Source: an uncultured Clostridia bacterium
Lineage (GTDB): Bacteria > Bacillota > Clostridia > TANB77 > CAG-465
Reading direction: 5' to 3'
Assembly (NCBI GenBank): GCA_947632225.1
Contig: CANROM010000001.1
Location: 2,261 to 66,260 of the forward strand
Length of the DNA: 64,000 nucleotides
Part shown: in pieces, positions 10,170 to 19,749 of the stretch
How positions within the stretch are numbered: the first letter of the stretch is position 1
Layout: each line of letters opens with the position of its first letter
The notes under the pieces: model-generated
Database searches by the model: none
What the model was told of the DNA's origin: nothing
The model's input: the letters and a program-made list of their open reading frames with translations, nothing else
Program-made: the position numbers and the translations under genes

Positions 10170-11114
10170 TTATGCTTTTCCAGCACAACCTAATACATTC
10201 TCTATTTTATGTTTTACCATTTCTTTAACAGCAGTTCTTGCTTGACCTAGATATGTTCTTGGATCAAATACATCTGGCTTATTAGTAAAGCACTCTCTGA
10301 TGTTTGCTGTCATTGCAAGTCTTATATCACTATCTATGTTAATTTTACATACAGCCATAGTTGCAGCTTTTCTTAGCATATCTTCTGGAACACCTTTAGC
10401 ACCTGGAATATTTCCGCCATATTTATTGCACATTTCTACAAATTCTTGTGGTACAGATGAAGCTCCATGAAGTACAATAGGAAATCCTGGTAATCTCTTT
10501 CCAACTTCTTCTAGTATATCAAATCTAAGTTTTGCATCTCCTTTAAATTTGTATGCACCATGACTAGTTCCAATTGCTATTGCAAGAGAATCGCAGCCTG
10601 TTCTTTTTACAAATTCTACTGCTTCGTCTGGGTTTGTATACATTGCATCATCTGAAGAAACATTAACATCATCTTCAACTCCTGCAAGCTTTCCAAGTTC
10701 TGCCTCAACAACAACTCCTCTTGGATGTGCATACTCTACTACTTTTTTAGTAAGTTCTACATTTTCCTCAAAGCTATATTTTGAGCCATCTATCATTACA
10801 GATGTAAAGCCACTATCTATACAATCTTTACAAGTTTCAAAGTCTGCTCCATGATCTAGATGTAGAACAACTGGTATATCTTTTCCAGCTTGTTTATTAC
10901 ATTCAATTGCTGCTTCTACTAATTTTTTTAGATATATTGGGTTAGCATACTTTCTAGCACCAGCAGATACTTGAAGTATAACTGGTGAATTAGTCTCATT
11001 TGCTGCTTCCATAATACCTTGAATTATCTCCATGTTGTTAACATTGAATGCACCAATAGCATATCCTCCTTCATAAGCTTTTTTAAACATTTCTTGTGTT
11101 GTTACAAGTCCCAT
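10170..11114 (-). CDS. fba: Fructose-1,6-bisphosphate aldolase, class II.
   Basis: 314 aa. N-terminus GAFNVNNMEIIQGIMEAA and metal-binding HLDHG motifs of class II FBA. Confidence 0.95.
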   Translation of the reverse strand: MGLVTTQEMFKKAYEGGYAIGAFNVNNMEIIQGIMEAANETNSPVILQVSAGARKYANPIYLKKLVEAAIECNKQAGKDIPVVLHLDHGADFETCKDCIDSGFTSVMIDGSKYSFEENVELTKKVVEYAHPRGVVVEAELGKLAGVEDDVNVSSDDAMYTNPDEAVEFVKRTGCDSLAIAIGTSHGAYKFKGDAKLRFDILEEVGKRLPGFPIVLHGASSVPQEFVEMCNKYGGNIPGAKGVPEDMLRKAATMAVCKINIDSDIRLAMTANIRECFTNKPDVFDPRTYLGQARTAVKEMVKHKIENVLGCAGKA

Positions 11115-11126
11115 AAAAATACCTCC

Positions 11127-12527
11127 TTAATTATTATTCTTTTTTCTACGTTCAATCGCGTATTCTTCTTGTTTTTGTTTATTTTTAAGATTTTCTTGAT
11201 AGTTTTTCTTTTGTATATCATCATTTATTTCTTTTTCGGCCTGCTCTGGTGTAATTTCTAGTGATGTATTACTTCTTAACGTATTAAGAAAATCTTCATT
11301 GCTTCTTTCTTGCTCATCTCTAACTTCGCTCTTTGTTTCGCTTATTGAGCTTTTTGGCTCAACTTGCTCAATATTCTCGCTATAAACTCTTTTAGAAGTT
11401 TGAGCATCACCAACAGCTTTAGCGCTGTCATACTCGCCTTTTTCAAGTTGTTCCTCTTGTTTTGCATTTGAGTATTCTAAGTTCTTTAGTTCTCTATTTT
11501 CTTGTTGTAATGTAGTTTTATCCACATATTCTGCAACTTTAGACTCAGTTACCTTTTCAGATTTTCCAGAGTTCTTAAAGCTTGCACTATCAAAATCATT
11601 ATTAATTGCTGTTTTATTTTCGACTCCAGCCACTCTAGCTCTTTTTTCATTTTTTGCTTGAGATTGCAACTCTTTAGTATATTCTTGAAGTGATGGTACT
11701 TTTTGTACTAAATCTAAATTTGCCTCCTCATAGTCTTTTTTATACAAAGCTTTTTCTTGTGGAGATTTATTAGGATTAGTTAATGCATTTATATACTCTC
11801 TATATTTTGCTTCTCTAATCTTGTACAGTCTATTTATCTCTGCTACTCTATCATCATTTCGTGCATTTATACCATTTTGATCATAATCAAATTTACGTTC
11901 AAAATTCTCTCTCTTTTTAGTTATTTTTTTATCTGTAGAGAAGTTCTTACCAGAAGAGTTATAATACATAAGTTCTAGTTTTTCCAAGTTTTTCTCGTAT
12001 GCTATCATCTCAACAGCACTATCAGTACTAACGGCCATATCCATTTTATCAAACTGAGCATCTTTAGCATTTAAAACTTTACTAGTATAATCATCATACA
12101 TTCTATTATATGCAGCTTTATATACTCGTCTTTTAAGTTCTTCTTTTCTGTCTTTAGGATTTTCTTCTAGTTCTTCTTTTTCTTCTAATACATCCTTTTT
12201 AACTTCATCTTTAGTTTCTTTGTCTACGCCCTTTAAATTTTCGTCTACTTCTTTTTCAACTTGTTGCTCTTCTAATAGTTTTCTATTTAAGTCATCACGT
12301 GATAAATTTAAATATTTTTTCATGAGCTCTTGTTGAACATCTTTTTTAGTAGTTTTACTATACTTTTCAAGTATAGTGTCGTTTATATTCTCAGTTTCCT
12401 TAAATTTAAACCTTGACATATTTTGTATTTCTTTATATGTCTTGTTTACTTCCTTATTTCCATAAACTCTAGCTAACTCGTCTTGTGCATCACCATTTGC
12501 CATAAAAAGTCTATCAAAAAATCCCAT
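11127..12527 (-). CDS. Highly charged (K/E/D/N-rich) predicted coiled-coil protein of unknown function.
   Basis: Start set at MGFFDRLF (ATG at 12525-12527) with a GAGGGG RBS. No TM segment and no known motif. Tightly embedded between xth and fba in the same operon. Confidence 0.55.
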   Translation of the reverse strand: MGFFDRLFMANGDAQDELARVYGNKEVNKTYKEIQNMSRFKFKETENINDTILEKYSKTTKKDVQQELMKKYLNLSRDDLNRKLLEEQQVEKEVDENLKGVDKETKDEVKKDVLEEKEELEENPKDRKEELKRRVYKAAYNRMYDDYTSKVLNAKDAQFDKMDMAVSTDSAVEMIAYEKNLEKLELMYYNSSGKNFSTDKKITKKRENFERKFDYDQNGINARNDDRVAEINRLYKIREAKYREYINALTNPNKSPQEKALYKKDYEEANLDLVQKVPSLQEYTKELQSQAKNEKRARVAGVENKTAINNDFDSASFKNSGKSEKVTESKVAEYVDKTTLQQENRELKNLEYSNAKQEEQLEKGEYDSAKAVGDAQTSKRVYSENIEQVEPKSSISETKSEVRDEQERSNEDFLNTLRSNTSLEITPEQAEKEINDDIQKKNYQENLKNKQKQEEYAIERRKKNNN

Positions 12528-12586
12528 TATATCCCCTCTTTTCAAACTTATTCTACTATATATTGTTATATTTTTCAATAGAAATA

Positions 12587-13342
12587 TTAAAAAACTAAAT
12601 CCAAACTTACAGGACAGTGATCACTACCAAGTACCTGTGTATATATCTTTGTATCCTTTATTTTATCTTTTAATGCTTCTGATACAATAAAATAATCTAA
12701 TCTCCAACCTATATTCTTTTCTCTTGCATTTCTCATATATGACCACCAAGAATATTCAACTTTATCTGGATATAAGTATCTAAATGTATCAATAAATCCA
12801 GAAGCTAAAAGTCTAGTCATTTTCTCTCTTTCATCGTCTGTAAAACCTGCACTAAAGTGGTTAGTTTGTGGATTTTTTATATCTATTTCTTCATGTGCTA
12901 CATTTAAGTCTCCACAATATACAACAGGCTTTCTCTCTTCAAGCTTTTTAAAATACTTTAGCATTTCATCTTCCCATCTCATGCGATATTCTAATCTTTC
13001 AAGTTCTCTCTTAGAATTAGGAGTATAACAGTTAACAAGATAAAAATTATCATATTCAAGTGTAATTATTCTTCCCTCTTGGTCATGTTCCTCTATTCCA
13101 AGGCCATAAGTTACACTAATTGGTTCTATTTTAGAAAATACCATAGTTCCAGCATATCCTTTTTTTACTGCACTATTCATATATCTATAATATCCATCAA
13201 ATTGTATTTCTTCTGCTTGTTCATCTTGCATTTTAGTTTCTTGAATACAAAAAATATCTGCATCTATTTCCTTAAAAAAATCATTGAAGCCTTTAGTAAT
13301 ACATGCTCTTAATCCATTTACATTCCATGTTACAATTTTCAT
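12587..13342 (-). CDS. xth: Exodeoxyribonuclease III (AP endonuclease).
   Basis: 251 aa. N-terminus MKIVTWNVNGLRA, catalytic QETK motif, and C-terminal SDHCPV of the ExoIII/Xth family. Confidence 0.9.
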   Translation of the reverse strand: MKIVTWNVNGLRACITKGFNDFFKEIDADIFCIQETKMQDEQAEEIQFDGYYRYMNSAVKKGYAGTMVFSKIEPISVTYGLGIEEHDQEGRIITLEYDNFYLVNCYTPNSKRELERLEYRMRWEDEMLKYFKKLEERKPVVYCGDLNVAHEEIDIKNPQTNHFSAGFTDDEREKMTRLLASGFIDTFRYLYPDKVEYSWWSYMRNAREKNIGWRLDYFIVSEALKDKIKDTKIYTQVLGSDHCPVSLDLVF

Positions 13343-13977
13343 TATTTTTCCCCCTTAAGAAATTTTGTACAAAAACTTGGTCTATGAAGTGGTGTAAGTC
13401 CATATTTTTGTATTGCTTCTATATGAGCTTTAGTACCATATCCTTTATGTTTAGCGAACCCGTATTCTGGATATTTTTTATCCCATTCAATTAGCATTCT
13501 ATCCCTAGTAACCTTAGCAATAATTGATGCAGCTGCAATTGATTCTGATATTGCATCTCCATGTACTACAGTTTTTGCATTAATATCTATATCTATCATT
13601 TGATTTCCATCAATTAGAACAAACTCAGGTCTAACTTTTAAATTATCTATGGCCTCTTTCATTGCAAGTTTTGTAGCATTTAGTATATTAACTTCTTCAA
13701 TAACATCTACATCTTTTACTCCAACACCAACAGCAATTGCCTTATCCATAATCTTGCCATAAACTTCTTCTCTTTTTTTCTCAGATAGCTTTTTAGAATC
13801 ATTAACTCCCTCTATCATATCATCTTCTTTAAGTATAACAGCAGCCGCAACAACAGGACCACATAATGGTCCACGTCCTGCCTCATCTACTCCACAAATA
13901 AGCTTATATCCATTAGAGTATAATTCATCCTCTATCTGTAGCATATGTTTTAGTCTTTCTTCTTCTTTTTCTTTCAT
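13342..13977 (-). CDS. rnhB: Ribonuclease HII.
   Basis: CGVDEAGRGPLCGPVVAAAV active-site motif. Overlaps the xth start by 1 nt (ATGA). Confidence 0.92.
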   Translation of the reverse strand: MKEKEEERLKHMLQIEDELYSNGYKLICGVDEAGRGPLCGPVVAAAVILKEDDMIEGVNDSKKLSEKKREEVYGKIMDKAIAVGVGVKDVDVIEEVNILNATKLAMKEAIDNLKVRPEFVLIDGNQMIDIDINAKTVVHGDAISESIAAASIIAKVTRDRMLIEWDKKYPEYGFAKHKGYGTKAHIEAIQKYGLTPLHRPSFCTKFLKGEK

Positions 13978-13987
13978 ATTTCCACCT

Positions 13988-14842
13988 TTATAATTCTATA
14001 CATTGTTTATATATCTCGTTTTTATTCACACCCATTTGTTTTGCTACCTTTTTAATAGCCTCTTTTTTATCTATACCTTGTCCTATATATTCTTTTACAA
14101 GCTCAACAGGATCTAATTTATCTAATTCTTCTTTTTTCTTTTTTTCAATTTCTAATTCAGATTTCCCCTCAACAATTAGTACGATTTCACCTTTTATACC
14201 TTCTTCTTCTATTTTTTCAATTGCCTCTTTAAAGGTAGTATATCTATATTCTTCATGTATTTTAGTAAGCTCCCTACATATGCATATATTACGTTCTCCA
14301 AATACCTCATACATATCTTTTAAAGTATATAAAATCTTATGTGGCGCTTCATAAAAAATCATTGTACGTATCTCATCTTTTAATTCTTCTAATCTTTTTA
14401 TTCTTTGCTTTTTACTAACAGACAAAAAACCCTCAAAAGTAAATCTAGTTGAATCCATACCAGAGCGTACTATGGCTGTTATTAAAGCTGTTGCACCTGG
14501 TATAACCTCAATTTTATAATTATTTGATACCAAATATTTTACAAGTCCTTGTCCAGGATCAGATATTATTGGCATACCAGCATCAGATACTAACGCTATA
14601 TTTTTTCCTTCATCAAGAAGTGAAACCACCATTTCTATCTTATCTGCTTCGTTGTGTCTGTGATAACTAATTTGTGGCTTAGATATATTTAAATGATTTA
14701 GTAGCTTTAGTGTTTGTCTTGTATCTTCTGCAAGTATTACATCTACTTGACTTAATGTTTCAATCGCTCTTAAAGTTATATCTTTAAGGTTTCCTATTGG
14801 TGTTCCCACCACATAAAGTGTTCCTTTATCTTTACTCTCCAT
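13988..14842 (-). CDS. rsmI: 16S rRNA (cytidine1402-2'-O)-methyltransferase RsmI.
   Basis: Tetrapyrrole-methylase fold. N-terminus LYVVGTPIGNLKDITLRA...DVILAEDTR. Confidence 0.9.
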   Translation of the reverse strand: MESKDKGTLYVVGTPIGNLKDITLRAIETLSQVDVILAEDTRQTLKLLNHLNISKPQISYHRHNEADKIEMVVSLLDEGKNIALVSDAGMPIISDPGQGLVKYLVSNNYKIEVIPGATALITAIVRSGMDSTRFTFEGFLSVSKKQRIKRLEELKDEIRTMIFYEAPHKILYTLKDMYEVFGERNICICRELTKIHEEYRYTTFKEAIEKIEEEGIKGEIVLIVEGKSELEIEKKKKEELDKLDPVELVKEYIGQGIDKKEAIKKVAKQMGVNKNEIYKQCIEL

Positions 14843-15569
14843 CTTTTTTAGCTCCTATTCCATATATTTGATGTATTTCTTTTGAATATTCTCCATTTTC
14901 ATCATACTCATATAGAGGTGGTAAGATATTTAGCTCATTACCTCCATAATATACGTATTCAAGAAGTACTATACTTGGCATACTATCTTTAGTTGGATAA
15001 ACAAATCTTATTCTCTTTGGCTCTAATTTATATTTCCTTGCGACAGTTATTAAATCTGCAAGTCTTTGTGGCTTATGCACAAGATATAGTTTTCCTTTCT
15101 GCTTTAGCAATTTACAAGCACATGAGAAAATATCTTCTAAAGTACATTCTTTTTCATGTCTTGCAATGTATTTTACATCGTTGAAATTTTGAGTACCTGT
15201 TCCTACTTCTTTGTATGGCGGATTTGATACTACAATATCTACTTTTCTGTCTATATTAAAATCTTTTATATTAAGATTATATGGTATTATTTTCTTCTCA
15301 AGAGTGTTTAGTTTAATATTTCTCTCAAGTAAATCATACATTTCTTTTTGTAGCTCTACAGCATATATCTTAGAGCATGCTTTTTTCTGAGAAATAATGA
15401 TAGATATAACTCCACCACCAGAGCATAAATCTACAATTTCATTTTTACTACTATTTGACTCGACAAAATTTGCTATTAGAACACTATCTATTCCAAAGCA
15501 GAAATAGTCTGTATTTTGTATTATTTTTTTGTCATTTATTCCCAAATCATCTATACGTTCTTTTCCCAT
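14832..15569 (-). CDS. tRNA1(Val) (adenine37-N6)-methyltransferase-like (YfiC/TrmN6 family SAM-dependent MTase).
   Basis: VDLCSGGG SAM-binding motif and NPPY motif (VVSNPPYK). Start taken at the internal MGKERIDD (ATG at 15567-15569) with a GAGGAAG RBS. The longer ORF-track start would overlap the divergent gene. Confidence 0.8.
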   Translation of the reverse strand: MGKERIDDLGINDKKIIQNTDYFCFGIDSVLIANFVESNSSKNEIVDLCSGGGVISIIISQKKACSKIYAVELQKEMYDLLERNIKLNTLEKKIIPYNLNIKDFNIDRKVDIVVSNPPYKEVGTGTQNFNDVKYIARHEKECTLEDIFSCACKLLKQKGKLYLVHKPQRLADLITVARKYKLEPKRIRFVYPTKDSMPSIVLLEYVYYGGNELNILPPLYEYDENGEYSKEIHQIYGIGAKKDGE

Positions 15570-15709
15570 TGTTTCTTCCTCTAGGTTATTATACAATATA
15601 ACAGCTATGTTTTCAAGCAATGTTTTTATTACTTTCTCTCTATTTAAACTTAATATTTTTTCTTTTATTTTGCCATATATTGTAGTATAATACCTACAGG
15701 AGAATTTAT

Positions 15710-16639
15710 ATGAAAATACAATATATTGCACAAAAAAGAGATGAAGGCTTAAGACTCAAGGATGTACTAAAAAAACGTATATATATTTCTACAGAGCTTC
15801 TAAAAAAGCTAAAATATTCTAATTCAATTTTAGTAAATAATGAAAATAAATTCGTAAACTACATTGTGAAAGAAAATGATGCTATTACTGTAGATTTAGA
15901 AAACTTTATAGCTTCTAAAAGCACTTCAAAATTTGAAGATAAGTTTGTACTAAAAGATGAGCCATTGGATATACTCTATGAAGATGAGTATCTACTAGTA
16001 GTAAACAAACCTGCTAATATGCCAACTCATCCAAGCTCAGATAATTATGAAAATACACTTTCTAATATTGTTGCAAGTTATTTAAAAAAGCAAGGTATTT
16101 ATAACATACATGCTGTAACTAGATTAGATAAAAATACTACTGGAATTTGTATATTTGCAAAAAATGAGTATATACAAGAGTTATTTGTAAGGATAAAAAA
16201 TAAAATATCACTTAAAAAAGAATACATAGCTATAGTAGATGGACTAGTTGAAAAAGACCATGATATTATCCAAAAAAATATTGCTAGAATGGAAAATACA
16301 ATAATACTTAGACAGACTGTAGATGAAGACAAAGGTGACTTTGCAAAAACAGAGTATAATGTATTAGAAAGAAACATTGAGAATAATTATACAGTATTAA
16401 ATGTAATACTTCATACAGGAAGAACACATCAAATACGTGTACATATGATTGATATTGGGCACATACTTCTTGGAGATACTCTTTATGCTGAGCATTATAA
16501 TATAAAAAACATAGACAAGCTAATAAAAAGACAAGCTTTACACGCGTATAAAGTTAGCTTTAATCATCCAATAACTAATGAGTTTATACAAATATGTGCT
16601 CCAATTCCACAAGATATGAAATTGTTAATGAAAAAGTAG
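15710..16639 (+). CDS. RluA-family rRNA pseudouridine synthase with an N-terminal S4-like domain (RluD-like).
   Basis: HTGRTHQIRVHM catalytic motif. The only plus-strand gene in the first 19 kb. AGGAG RBS. Confidence 0.85.
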   Translation: MKIQYIAQKRDEGLRLKDVLKKRIYISTELLKKLKYSNSILVNNENKFVNYIVKENDAITVDLENFIASKSTSKFEDKFVLKDEPLDILYEDEYLLVVNKPANMPTHPSSDNYENTLSNIVASYLKKQGIYNIHAVTRLDKNTTGICIFAKNEYIQELFVRIKNKISLKKEYIAIVDGLVEKDHDIIQKNIARMENTIILRQTVDEDKGDFAKTEYNVLERNIENNYTVLNVILHTGRTHQIRVHMIDIGHILLGDTLYAEHYNIKNIDKLIKRQALHAYKVSFNHPITNEFIQICAPIPQDMKLLMKK

Positions 16640-16652
16640 GAAATAAAATTTC

Positions 16653-17393
16653 CTACTTTTTAAATAGCTTTAATGTCTCCGAAAATTCGTCTAGTTGTAC
16701 ACCTCTACTTTCAATTTTTTCTTTTCCAAATTTATATGAAACAGTATTTATAGCTTGTAAAATAAAATTTACTGCTTTACTTTTTCCAATATAAACAAAA
16801 GGAGAACCAATTTTAATAGAGCTTACTATGTCATCAGATAGGTTATTCCCTATAACGCATATCTTACCACTATACTTACTAATCAACTCCTCGAATTTTT
16901 TTCTTTTATCTTTTCGTAATACAATTAAGTCTAGTTCTAGATTTTGACCATTTTCTTCTAATTTCTTTAGCAGTTCTTCTGCATATACATTCTTGGTTGC
17001 TATAAGGATTTCATAACCATTAGATATAATAGTTTTTAAAATATCATTATACACGTTAACTAATTCTTTTGATGCAAACTTTTTGTACAATTTTGAATAT
17101 ATTTGCTTAGTTTGTGCATAGGTTACTTTCCTATCAAAAAGCGAATATACAGCAAGTCTAATTTTAAGCCCTGCATATCCATTTCCAAGTATATCCAGTT
17201 TGTTTATTTTCCATAGTATCTTATCCATAAAATGAATAATATTGCTATCTGGAAATAGTGCTGATATTATTAAATTGTCAATTTTTTCAAAATCTATTAA
17301 CGTACCATCTAAATCGATTAGTAATAGTTTTGACTCCTGAATTTTCGAAATAATATAATTGTCATAATCAGACAAATCTTTAAAGCGTCCCAT
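16653..17393 (-). CDS. HAD-superfamily hydrolase.
   Basis: Motif I LLIDLDGTLIDF near the N-terminus, and later K and DD motifs. Confidence 0.7.
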   Translation of the reverse strand: MGRFKDLSDYDNYIISKIQESKLLLIDLDGTLIDFEKIDNLIISALFPDSNIIHFMDKILWKINKLDILGNGYAGLKIRLAVYSLFDRKVTYAQTKQIYSKLYKKFASKELVNVYNDILKTIISNGYEILIATKNVYAEELLKKLEENGQNLELDLIVLRKDKRKKFEELISKYSGKICVIGNNLSDDIVSSIKIGSPFVYIGKSKAVNFILQAINTVSYKFGKEKIESRGVQLDEFSETLKLFKK

Positions 17394-17420
17394 TTGTTAC
17401 ACCTCTTCCTTTATATAATA

Positions 17421-18536
17421 CTATTTCATTATATCATTTTTTACATAATCTTTCAAGTATTCATAGATAAATTCATCTATTCTGCCATCCATTACAGCTT
17501 GAACATTTCCAGTTTCATATCCAGTTCTATGGTCCTTAACAAGCGTATATGGACAAAATACATAAGATCTAATCTGACTTCCCCAACCATTATCTGCAGT
17601 TTCACCTTTTATGTTGCTCATCATTTTATCATGATTTTCTTTTTCTAGTTTATATAACTTAGCTTTTAACATTTTCATAGCATATTCCCTGTTTTGCATC
17701 TGTGACCTTTCAGTCTGGCAAGTTACTACAATACCACTTGGAATATGTCTTAATCTTACAGCTGATGATGTTTTATTTACGTGCTGACCACCAGCACCAC
17801 TTGCCCTATAAACTTCCATTTCTATATCTTCTGGCTTAATATCTACAACAATTTCATCAGATATATCTGGAAGCACTTCAAGTGCAGCAAATGAAGTATG
17901 TCTTCTACTATTAGCATCAAAAGGAGATATCCTTACTAGTCTATGAACTCCAGCTTCTCCCTTCATATATCCATATGCATTCTCACCCTTAACTAAAAAA
18001 GAAACAGACTTTACACCAGCTTCTTCTCCATCTTGGTAATCTAGCACTTCTAACTCGAACTCTTGACGTTGTGCCCATCTTGTGTACATTCTATATAGCA
18101 TTAATGCCCAATCTTGTGACTCAGTACCACCAGCACCAGGATGTATAGTAATAATTGCATTATTTTTGTCGTACTCCTCACAAAGCAAAGTATTTACCTC
18201 TAGCTTTTCTAAATCTATTTCTAGCTTATTTGCAAGTGCTTTTGCCTCTTTAAATGCCTCACTATCATTTTCTTCTTGTGCAAGTTCAAGATAAGTAGAT
18301 GCGTCCTCGTACTCTTTTTCTACTTTCTCGTACTTTTGTACATCAGACTTTAAAGGTTTCATTTGAGATAATATTTTAGATGAATACTCGTTGTCATTCC
18401 AAAAGCCCTCTTTTAGAGTTTCTTCTTCTAACTCACTTAACTTTTTTCTTTTTTCATCCACCTTTATTGCTAATTTTAATGTACTCATTTTGTCTTTTAA
18501 TGACTCAAGTATTAGTCTAATACTATCAAAATCCAT
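17421..18536 (-). CDS. prfB: Peptide chain release factor 2, encoded as one uninterrupted frame with no programmed +1 frameshift.
   Basis: SPF tripeptide and GGQ motif (RASGAGGQHVNKT). The N-terminal region LILESLKDKMSTLKLAIKVDE is in frame with the body. An alternative start at 18551 (MGSDIM) is possible. The 18536 start overlaps the upstream stop as TAATG. Confidence 0.92.
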   Translation of the reverse strand: MDFDSIRLILESLKDKMSTLKLAIKVDEKRKKLSELEEETLKEGFWNDNEYSSKILSQMKPLKSDVQKYEKVEKEYEDASTYLELAQEENDSEAFKEAKALANKLEIDLEKLEVNTLLCEEYDKNNAIITIHPGAGGTESQDWALMLYRMYTRWAQRQEFELEVLDYQDGEEAGVKSVSFLVKGENAYGYMKGEAGVHRLVRISPFDANSRRHTSFAALEVLPDISDEIVVDIKPEDIEMEVYRASGAGGQHVNKTSSAVRLRHIPSGIVVTCQTERSQMQNREYAMKMLKAKLYKLEKENHDKMMSNIKGETADNGWGSQIRSYVFCPYTLVKDHRTGYETGNVQAVMDGRIDEFIYEYLKDYVKNDIMK

Positions 18537-19237
18537 TATATCACTTCCCATATTTCATCTTTTTTCTTTAGCTGATTTGGCTTATATTCAAATTCTAAAT
18601 ACTCATCTTTTGTTGGATGAAAGAATGACAAATAATATGAAAATAGGGCTAAATTTTGTCCCACCTTGTTTATTTTATTGCCATATTTTATATCTCCATA
18701 CAAAGGATGACCAATATTTGCAAATTGTACTCTTATTTGGTGATGTCTTCCAGTATGTAGGTCTATGTCTACAAGTGAGTAATCTTTACCTTTGTATTTA
18801 AAATTCTTTAATACTTTATATTCAAGAACACTCTCTTTAGCACCTTTTTTAGATTTATCTACAACAGATGACATATTTAGTCTTTCGTTCTTTAATATAT
18901 AGTCTCTTAGTTCTATTTTTTTATCTGAAACAGGTAATGTTCCATTTACGATAGCTAAATACCTTTTTTTAACATTTTTTTGTCTAATATATTCAGATAT
19001 TCTAGAAGCAGCTTTTGAAGTCTTGGCAAACACCATTACTCCTCCTACCATTCTATCTAGTCTATGTACAAGTCCTAGGTATACGTTTCCAGGCTTATTA
19101 TACTTTTCTTTTAGATACTGCTTTATAATAGTTAGCATATCTTCATCCCCAGTTTTATCTTCTTGAACAGGAATACCAGGCTCTTTTACTACAACTATTA
19201 TATGATTATCTTCATATAGCACATTTAAATCTTGCAT
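18536..19237 (-). CDS. RluA-family pseudouridine synthase.
   Basis: HTGRHHQIRVQF motif. Start set at MQDLNV (ATG at 19235-19237) with an AAGGAG RBS. The longer ORF-track start would run into the terminator hairpin. Confidence 0.85.
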   Translation of the reverse strand: MQDLNVLYEDNHIIVVVKEPGIPVQEDKTGDEDMLTIIKQYLKEKYNKPGNVYLGLVHRLDRMVGGVMVFAKTSKAASRISEYIRQKNVKKRYLAIVNGTLPVSDKKIELRDYILKNERLNMSSVVDKSKKGAKESVLEYKVLKNFKYKGKDYSLVDIDLHTGRHHQIRVQFANIGHPLYGDIKYGNKINKVGQNLALFSYYLSFFHPTKDEYLEFEYKPNQLKKKDEIWEVI

Positions 19238-19255
19238 AAATATCTCCTTATAACG

Positions 19256-19287
19256 AAAAAACTCCACATATGTGGAGCTACTTTTTT
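19256..19287. terminator. Rho-independent terminator after rpmF.
   Basis: Palindrome CTCCACATATGTGGAG (19262-19277) flanked by A6 and T6. Confidence 0.6.
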
Positions 19288-19289
19288 AA

Positions 19290-19484
19290 TTAAGCGTTTT
19301 CTTTTTTTTCTTTAATTTCAACTACTTGTTTTTTATTGTAATATCCACATGAAGGACATGCTTTGTGTGAAAGTACTGGTTCACCACAGTTTGGACAAGT
19401 AGATAGATTTGTTTCTTCTAATTTCCATGTTGAACGTTTTGTATGTGTTCTTTGTTTTGACCATCTTCTTTTTGGTTGTGCCAT
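19290..19484 (-). CDS. rpmF: 50S ribosomal protein L32.
   Basis: MAQPKRRWSKQRTHTKR...CPNCGE...CPSCGYY: an L32 N-terminus plus a Cys4 zinc ribbon. Strong AAGGAGG RBS for the ATG at 19482-19484. Confidence 0.85.
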   Translation of the reverse strand: MAQPKRRWSKQRTHTKRSTWKLEETNLSTCPNCGEPVLSHKACPSCGYYNKKQVVEIKEKKENA

Positions 19485-19749
19485 TTTATATTCCCTCCTT
19501 ATAGTCATATACGACTATGCTAAGCATAGGTATTTTTAAGATAATTTGTTACTCGTATATTATATAATAGTTGAAATAAAAAGTCAAGCTATGAATAAAA
19601 AATAAATATATTTTATATAACTTATATTTTTTGTCGATTTTCACAAAATTATGTAAATTGAACGTTTTTGCTTTATTTTTACTCCAATCTGTAGTATAAT
19701 GTTAATGATTTTGGTTTTGAGATACTAATTTTAATAAAGGAGGTAGGAT

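Noticed and set aside
17421-18551. Possibility that prfB is a pseudogene or is mis-assembled because it lacks the frameshift.
   Set aside because: The frame is complete and carries all RF2 motifs (SPF, GGQ). A frameshift-free prfB is a known natural state in some lineages.
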